A stretch of DNA of 32,000 bases from Sulfolobus acidocaldarius DSM 639 (lineage in GTDB: Archaea > Thermoproteota > Thermoprotei_A > Sulfolobales > Sulfolobaceae), in assembly GCF_000012285.1 (NCBI RefSeq), contig NC_007181.1, forward strand, positions 630,001 to 662,000. Reading direction: 5' to 3'. A program made the position numbers and the translations under genes. Below the pieces are notes generated by a model. The model was given only the letters and a program-made list of their open reading frames with translations. It did no database searches and had not been told where the DNA came from. The number at the start of each line of letters is the position of its first letter. Positions within the stretch are counted from its first letter, which is position 1. Below are positions 26,354-32,000 of the stretch, piece after piece.

Positions 26354-27420
26354 ATGAGATTACCAGAAGCTCTCTTAATAATAGCTATATGTTTATTTAC
26401 AGCATTAAATATTGTATTTCCACTTATAAGTACAAACTTAGCTTCTTTTCCTTCTTCTATACCCCAATTTAAGTTAAATTGTTTATACGCATTATATGTA
26501 GCTCCTCTCAAAATTTCTTTTGAATAATCGGACATTGGTTCTTGAATCCTAGTTATTAATAGACCTAATTCTAGGTCTAGCCATAAGTTTGGAGAAAGAA
26601 GACCTGCATTATCTGTACCAAAAAGGATATTTACGTTTGCATTTATTGCGTCTACTATTCTAGGAACTCCCACACCAAACCACATGTTACTCCTTGGGCA
26701 AAATACTACGGACGTTTCTAATTCACGAAAGTCAGGATATTTAAAATGAGTTGCATGAATTAAGAGATTAGGCTTATAGGATTCAGTTATGTATCTAAAG
26801 TCATCCAAAAGATACTGTTTTAAGGTCTCAGAAATATGAACTGCTCTTATTTTGGTTGAAAAAGCATTAAAAATTTCAACTAATTCCTGTTTACTATTTG
26901 AGGAAATTGAAGGGAGTCCATATCCATCGGTAATTTTAGACAATTCATTCAATTCATAAGTATCAAAGAAATCCAATCTTCCTAAGATAATGTACTTAAT
27001 GTCATTTCGTCTTCTGAGTTCACTGACCAATTTGGCACCATTTATACCTTGTTCTCTAAAATCTACTATTGCTAAGACTCCAAACTTCTGCGAATCTATT
27101 ATAAAATTCTCTATGCCTTTGCGTATAATACTTGGATCTATTGACTTAAAATAAGTGTATTTTTGACTTAATGGGTCACCTACGACTTCCTTAATACTTT
27201 GTCTAATACCGTACTCAGGGAATGAATAATCAGCTGTATGTGTATGTGAGTTTACTAATGGTGGAAATAGAATGAAATTTCTAAAATCTTTTGCATTAGT
27301 GTCATATCCGTGACCTATGTGAGATATTATTCCATCAGAAATTTCAACGTTTACCTTTTCAACGTAATCAAATTCAGACCCTAAGAAAGCAGCACCTACA
27401 TTTATTCTAAAATTTTCCAT
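26317..27420 (-). CDS. Metal-dependent amidohydrolase-superfamily protein (chlorohydrolase/deaminase-like), substrate unknown
   Basis: 367 aa. The HxH metal motif is VNSHTHTAD, with later His motifs (AVHISE, LLIHATH). A C-terminal Asp motif, LFGTDNAG, is also present. The start overlaps the arfA 3' end by 19 nt. Confidence 0.75.
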   Translation of the reverse strand: MENFRINVGAAFLGSEFDYVEKVNVEISDGIISHIGHGYDTNAKDFRNFILFPPLVNSHTHTADYSFPEYGIRQSIKEVVGDPLSQKYTYFKSIDPSIIRKGIENFIIDSQKFGVLAIVDFREQGINGAKLVSELRRRNDIKYIILGRLDFFDTYELNELSKITDGYGLPSISSNSKQELVEIFNAFSTKIRAVHISETLKQYLLDDFRYITESYKPNLLIHATHFKYPDFRELETSVVFCPRSNMWFGVGVPRIVDAINANVNILFGTDNAGLLSPNLWLDLELGLLITRIQEPMSDYSKEILRGATYNAYKQFNLNWGIEEGKEAKFVLISGNTIFNAVNKHIAIIKRASGNLIYDNLGAIQNIS

Positions 27421-28061
27421 TTTATTTCCCTATTTTTTCTTACGTATTCCAATGCAGTAGTTGCTTTCATTAAGGCTTTTCTGGGATTCTCTGCTATTCC
27501 AATTCCAGTCTTCACGTTATCATTTAAATTAGCAATAGTAAGCATTGAATCTAAATCTTTCTTGCTGGCAAAGAGACCTACATTATCTCCACCAAAATAA
27601 TAAGCTATTCCGCCAACTTTTTCCGACAAGGAAAACACATTAGCTTTTAGTTCTTCAATTTCTTGCATAGCTGTTCTTTTATCTAATCTTGTTATACCAT
27701 TGATATCATAATGTGCTACAACTATTTTATCATCAGGCTTATCCTCTAATGTATCTACGCAATTGAATATTGATTCATAGATTGTTTCACCATATCCTTT
27801 ACAAATTTGCATTTTCGTTGGTGAATATTTTTCACTTACTTCTCTAATTACATGAAGCACTTCTTTCTCTTTTACGCCATCAACTAATATAATGTAAGAG
27901 TCATATCTAATTGGTATGGGGAAAGCATTAACGTCAGCTAATTTACTGTATAGAATGGATGCAAAATAATGCTGAAAAGCTTGTATTCTCCATTCCCTAT
28001 CGCATCCCAGACTTTCTGTCCATTCCTTATATCCCACTAAATCTAATATTATAGTTTTCAT
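27402..28061 (-). CDS. arfA: GTP cyclohydrolase III (archaeal riboflavin/F420 pathway, FAPy-forming)
   Basis: 219 aa. The N-terminal segment [27 protein letters not shown] parallels the recalled MJ0145-type sequence IQIDNYGPWT...RE..LQALQ. The motif YYFGGDNVG and the riboflavin-operon context also support the call. Confidence 0.65.
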   Translation of the reverse strand: MKTIILDLVGYKEWTESLGCDREWRIQAFQHYFASILYSKLADVNAFPIPIRYDSYIILVDGVKEKEVLHVIREVSEKYSPTKMQICKGYGETIYESIFNCVDTLEDKPDDKIVVAHYDINGITRLDKRTAMQEIEELKANVFSLSEKVGGIAYYFGGDNVGLFASKKDLDSMLTIANLNDNVKTGIGIAENPRKALMKATTALEYVRKNREIKWKILE

Positions 28062-28534
28062 TCTATGCTCACGTTAGTTTCCTTTGTAAGGTCTATTTCT
28101 CTTAGTTTTTTTAATCTTTTAATTAATTTAACAGCACTTTCTACTGCCCTCATGGAGTATTCTTCTATTCTTTCAACAGCCTGCTCATGGGTAACTCCAT
28201 GACCTATTATTCCTAAAGTGACAGGTTTACCATATTCTACCGATAAATCCATTAGTTTTCTTGCAGTCTGCGTTGCAACTATTTCATCGTGTTTAGTTTC
28301 ACCCTTAATTACAGCTCCTAAAGTTACTACTCCGTCTATTTCATCTCTCTTTAGTAGTTCTTTAACTATTACAGCCATATCGTAGCTTCCAGGAACTTTC
28401 ACTACGACTTTCACTGTAACTCCAAGAAACTCTGCATGAGATAAGGCTCTCTGCAACATTAAAGATGTTATATCGTAATTAAATTCACTTACTACTATAC
28501 CTAAATTAATCTTCGATTGGTCCTGCATTTCCAT
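28058..28534 (-). CDS. ribH: 6,7-dimethyl-8-ribityllumazine synthase
   Basis: 158 aa with [20 protein letters not shown] and [10 protein letters not shown], which are typical RibH motifs. There is a 4-nt ATGA overlap with arfA. Confidence 0.88.
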   Translation of the reverse strand: MEMQDQSKINLGIVVSEFNYDITSLMLQRALSHAEFLGVTVKVVVKVPGSYDMAVIVKELLKRDEIDGVVTLGAVIKGETKHDEIVATQTARKLMDLSVEYGKPVTLGIIGHGVTHEQAVERIEEYSMRAVESAVKLIKRLKKLREIDLTKETNVSIE

Positions 28535-28976
28535 AACCCTGTCTTAAACCTTTTCCTGCAAAAGGTGTTAGTGAATTTTTACCATCTCTTATTAACTTAA
28601 CTAAGTTTATCGAGTGCTTGGTTACTCTGTCTATTGCTATATTTTTAAGTTGCTCCTCGTCCTCTGCTTCATCTTCATGAATTGTAACGTCTATTACGTG
28701 CTTACTTGTAATTATTTGAGTTGTTATCAAACCTATACTTGCTGCTAAATAACTATATTTATCTAACATACTTTTTCCAACCCACCCAAGTGTAATTACC
28801 CCATCACAGCCACTGTCAAGTAATCTCTTTGCAGCAACAGGTAAATCCTTGATTCCTGGTACCGTATATCTCACTATTTCTGCGTCAGGGTCTTCCTTTG
28901 TAATAGTTTTAATTGCAATTGCACCCATATCTATTCTAGAAAATGTAGTATCTGCTACGCCGTATTTTCTCCTCAT
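28506..28976 (-). CDS. ribC: Riboflavin synthase, archaeal type (lumazine-synthase paralogue)
   Basis: 156 aa. The N-terminus [15 protein letters not shown] matches the archaeal RibC pattern (VDTTFARVDM). It lies between ribB and ribH and overlaps both. Confidence 0.8.
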   Translation of the reverse strand: MRRKYGVADTTFSRIDMGAIAIKTITKEDPDAEIVRYTVPGIKDLPVAAKRLLDSGCDGVITLGWVGKSMLDKYSYLAASIGLITTQIITSKHVIDVTIHEDEAEDEEQLKNIAIDRVTKHSINLVKLIRDGKNSLTPFAGKGLRQGYGNAGPIED

Positions 28977-29635
28977 AGTCCTACCACCTCCTTAATAATC
29001 TCTTTTCCATCTATCAGAGGAAACCCATTATTTCGAGAATAAATAAGCGATTTGTCTTTTGATAAACTTATATTGTTATCTAGCATCTCTGCTATTATAG
29101 CGCTTTTCTTTAATCCTAAATAACTGAATAAAGCCATTGTTAGTTCAGTATGTCCTTTTCTTGTCGATAAACCCCTAGAAAGTAAAATTGGTACATGACC
29201 TGGCGAATAAAATTCATTGTAGAATTTTTGAATAGCTTCATCTATGTTATTATTCTCAACTAATTCTACGACTGCATGTAATTCTCTTATAGTTTTAGCC
29301 CTATCTTCATCACTTATTCCTGTCTTTGTATCGATGTGGTTTACCCATAGCGAGAATGCTGGCTCATCCCCATATTTTGGTCTTTTATAAAGTTTTGGGT
29401 AATTACTTTTTATTATTTCGGAGATAAAAGTAATGCCAATCTGTTGTCCTATATCCTTGCTGGTGACATAACATATTAATCCGCCTGCCTGTGTCCTTAG
29501 AGTATTAATTACTTTCCATGTCACTTTCTCCCCGTAGAAAACCATATCTGTTTCCTCTTCTCTACCATCAAAATCATATATTAAAATTGGAAGACCTTGC
29601 TCTAAATGCCTCCTTAAAGTGATCTTGTCCAGCAT
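28973..29635 (-). CDS. ribB: 3,4-dihydroxy-2-butanone 4-phosphate synthase
   Basis: 220 aa. The motifs DFDGREEETDMVF (acidic Mg site) and RKGHTELTMAL are typical of RibB. Confidence 0.88.
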   Translation of the reverse strand: MLDKITLRRHLEQGLPILIYDFDGREEETDMVFYGEKVTWKVINTLRTQAGGLICYVTSKDIGQQIGITFISEIIKSNYPKLYKRPKYGDEPAFSLWVNHIDTKTGISDEDRAKTIRELHAVVELVENNNIDEAIQKFYNEFYSPGHVPILLSRGLSTRKGHTELTMALFSYLGLKKSAIIAEMLDNNISLSKDKSLIYSRNNGFPLIDGKEIIKEVVGL

Positions 29636-29675
29636 TGTTTAATACATAATAATCTAAAATATTTAAGCGTATGTA

Positions 29676-30239
29676 CTATCTGTTTTTATATCTCCTTAAT
29701 GTTAAAAATACTATTATACCAATCACAGCTACAATAATAAAAGTATAATCTGTGTTTAATATACCAGCACTTTCTATATTATATGTAGTTTCGTTTCCTT
29801 GCTGAAAATTAGAACTATTGTATTCACTTTCGCTACCGGTAAAATAAATAATAATAGTAGCGTTCTGAAGGTTACTTACAATATCTATATTTGTTTCATT
29901 ATTTTGACTGAAATAGCTTACGATTGCATTACCAGTTAATATAATATCCAAAGTTGAATTCTGGCTATTGATAATTAAAGTTAGATTTTTAGGGTAGATG
30001 ATACGCAATGGAGATACGTTATTAGAGATTAACAACACTATATTTCCAGACGGGGCTATAGAGTAGTTTATATCTAGTGGTTTATAAGTGAAATTTTGAA
30101 TTATCTTAATCTCGAACTCAGGTAATCCAGGATAAGATATCGTGTTTGAGTATAATGAAGTAGACCCAAATAGGATATCACATCTCAACGGCAATATGAT
30201 TATGGTTAAGAGTATTAGCGGGAGGATTTTTTTGCTCAT
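29676..30239 (-). CDS. Predicted extracellular, C-terminally membrane-anchored protein rich in N-glycosylation sequons
   Basis: 187 aa with an N-terminal signal-like helix (KKILPLILLTIIILPL) and a C-terminal TM (FIIVAVIGIIVFLTL) followed by RRYKNR. About ten N-x-S/T sequons lie between them. Confidence 0.55.
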   Translation of the reverse strand: MSKKILPLILLTIIILPLRCDILFGSTSLYSNTISYPGLPEFEIKIIQNFTYKPLDINYSIAPSGNIVLLISNNVSPLRIIYPKNLTLIINSQNSTLDIILTGNAIVSYFSQNNETNIDIVSNLQNATIIIYFTGSESEYNSSNFQQGNETTYNIESAGILNTDYTFIIVAVIGIIVFLTLRRYKNR

Positions 30240-30300
30240 TTATAGTTCAGTTTATTTTAACGTATATTTTATTAGCTTTGATAAATAGTGTATAGTTGAT

Positions 30301-31065
30301 ATGTCTAATCAAAATCAGCCTTACAATCCATACAACTGGAAAATGATTTTGCTATCACAAACTTCTATAGTTATAATATCTTTCGTACTATCTCTTTATT
30401 CGCAGTATTTCTTGCCAGTGTATATTGCATATTTGATAATTTACTTCATAATAATGACTACTATAATGGCTAGAAGTAATCCTATGCTATCTGAGAGGAA
30501 ATACCTTTCAGAGATAGTTAATGCACGAACTATACTTGAAGAGAAAAAGGCTGGTGAGTTAATACAAAATGATGAGGAGTATATTAAAAAGTTCCAAGCA
30601 ATAACCAGTGCTAATCTAAAATCATTTGGAATAATGTTTGTTTACTTGATAGTCATACTAATATTCTATAATTTTGTGGTTCTCAGATATGTTAGTAGCG
30701 TGACTCAGATACAAAAATTGATAGTATTCCTAGTCTATTCAGAAGCATTATTCCTATTTGGTATGTTTGTTAACAGAAGAATAATGAGGGTTCAAATGAT
30801 GGAAGTAATGGCACCATTTACATACAAGATAACTGAAAAAGGGATAGTTTCAACTGATAGAAGTGCAGTATTTTTGCACTCTAGACATCTCGTAAACGCA
30901 TCTATAGTAGAGAACAGGGATAAGAAGTACGTTGAAATATCTCCTACTACTCTAAAACTTCCATATAAATTAAGACTATATAGTAATGATATAGATAGGA
31001 TATTAGACGCAATAAACAGAGTAAAGAGATTAGAGTTAAAAAGACAGCAATCTTCTAGTTCTTGA
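30301..31065 (+). CDS. Integral membrane protein (about 4 TM helices) with a soluble C-terminal domain; unknown function
   Basis: 254 aa with two pairs of hydrophobic helices separated by a charged loop. No motif was recognised. Confidence 0.5.
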   Translation: MSNQNQPYNPYNWKMILLSQTSIVIISFVLSLYSQYFLPVYIAYLIIYFIIMTTIMARSNPMLSERKYLSEIVNARTILEEKKAGELIQNDEEYIKKFQAITSANLKSFGIMFVYLIVILIFYNFVVLRYVSSVTQIQKLIVFLVYSEALFLFGMFVNRRIMRVQMMEVMAPFTYKITEKGIVSTDRSAVFLHSRHLVNASIVENRDKKYVEISPTTLKLPYKLRLYSNDIDRILDAINRVKRLELKRQQSSSS

Positions 31066-32000
31066 AAAGTGAAAGTGTGAGTAAGATCCTAAACTATTCT
31101 CCACGTAAACTCCATCTTTTCCATTCCATATACCCTTTCCGTGTTTATTTTTGAAGGCAAAATTTACATCCCCAACACTTACAGCTTTTGACACGTGAAA
31201 TTCATGTCCTCTTATACTTTCTCCTTTGCTGGAAAGTAAGTTATCCTTTTCCGTCTCAAGTTCGGTATAGCCAATAGTGAGTTTATCCTTTGCCTTTATC
31301 TGTATATCGTATAGTCCTATCATTCTGTAACTTTTTTCATTTATTATTTCGTTCGACAAAAACATGAATCCACCACATTCCGCTAAAAGCTTTACTCCTT
31401 TCTCCACGTTTCTCTTTATCCAATCTTTAGTTTTAGTAGAATTTTCGAGTTCCTCTAAATGTAACTCTGGATATCCACCACCTATGTAAATAAAGGATGG
31501 TTGGTCAGCTGGGGCATCATTATTAAGTGGGCTAAAGAATTCCACGTCATACCTCTTTTTTAAAATATCTATATTCTCGTCGTAATAAAACGAAAACGCT
31601 GAATCATATGCCACATAAGCCTTACCTACTACATTTCGTTCCTCAATTTCATTTGACTCCTGTAGTTCATTTGCTTCCTCTGCAATTTCCACTATTTTGT
31701 CAACATCTACATTCATTTCAATCAAGTTAGCTGTTGCATTAATGACATCCTTTGCGTTCTTAAAATCCTCAGTTGTATAAAGACCTAGATGTCTACTGGG
31801 TACAGAAAGACTCTTATCTATAGGGAGATACCCAAGTACTTCAACGTTTTCAGGTATCGATTTTTTGCAGTAATCTAGATGTTTCTCAGACGCAATGTAG
31901 TTGAATATTACACCTCTCACGTTAGCGTTTCTGTATTCTCTCAATCCTTTAACTATAGCACCAACTGTAGAAGATAGATTGCTACAGTTGATCACAAGGA
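31036..32000 (-). CDS. cbiA: Cobyrinic acid a,c-diamide synthase (CbiA/CobB family), C-terminal part; the N-terminus lies beyond the window
   Basis: The frame is open to the right-hand edge. The GATase-like C-terminal domain has the nucleophile motif AECGGFMFL and GHEFH. Confidence 0.8.
   Translation of the reverse strand, partial: LVINCSNLSSTVGAIVKGLREYRNANVRGVIFNYIASEKHLDYCKKSIPENVEVLGYLPIDKSLSVPSRHLGLYTTEDFKNAKDVINATANLIEMNVDVDKIVEIAEEANELQESNEIEERNVVGKAYVAYDSAFSFYYDENIDILKKRYDVEFFSPLNNDAPADQPSFIYIGGGYPELHLEELENSTKTKDWIKRNVEKGVKLLAECGGFMFLSNEIINEKSYRMIGLYDIQIKAKDKLTIGYTELETEKDNLLSSKGESIRGHEFHVSKAVSVGDVNFAFKNKHGKGIWNGKDGVYVENSLGSYSHFHFSRTRRLLSF

Noticed and set aside
1-32000. CRISPR arrays, rRNA genes, IS elements with terminal inverted repeats, and toxin-antitoxin or other defence cassettes
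   Set aside because: I looked for regularly spaced direct repeats, GC-rich structured-RNA islands and transposase-like ORFs and saw none. The only GC-rich islands are the tRNA-Ser gene and the cbf5 intron region.

Overview
This window reads as a gene-dense, AT-rich core chromosome segment of a crenarchaeon. A Sulfolobales origin is suggested by a PCNA1-type clamp, an Rpo13-like gene, an SSV-type integrase fragment, an intron-split cbf5, TATA boxes about 26 nt upstream of start codons, and many 1-4 nt gene overlaps. I support about 38 protein genes, and most are housekeeping. They include DNA ligase, dCTP deaminase, protein disulfide oxidoreductase, an NFACT/RqcH-like protein, Rio2, archaeal SAM synthetase, an Sm-like protein, CTP synthase, an HPS-family enzyme, a phosphohexomutase, L14e, Cbf5, an Lhr-type helicase, PCNA1, a five-gene riboflavin operon and cbiA. 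There is also one tRNA-Ser(UGA) and one hand-detected C/D box sRNA candidate. I saw no CRISPR array, rRNA or intact mobile element. The observations worth a second look are: (1) cbf5 is interrupted by a 22-nt bulge-helix-bulge intron that splits the catalytic Asp codon; (2) a frameshifted N-terminal fragment of an SSV-type integrase reads into the 3' half of tRNA-Ser, next to a glycosyltransferase with unusually long non-coding flanks, which may be a decayed integrated element; (3) a polytopic-membrane HerA/VirB4-family ATPase sits divergent to Lhr and is coupled to Rpo13-PCNA1; (4) an NFACT-Rio2-DUF460 operon; (5) an uncharacterised amidohydrolase is translationally coupled to ribB-ribC-ribH-arfA, making it a candidate for a missing hydrolytic step in archaeal riboflavin synthesis. 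All homology calls come from motif recognition by eye and from memory. None has been checked by a database search.
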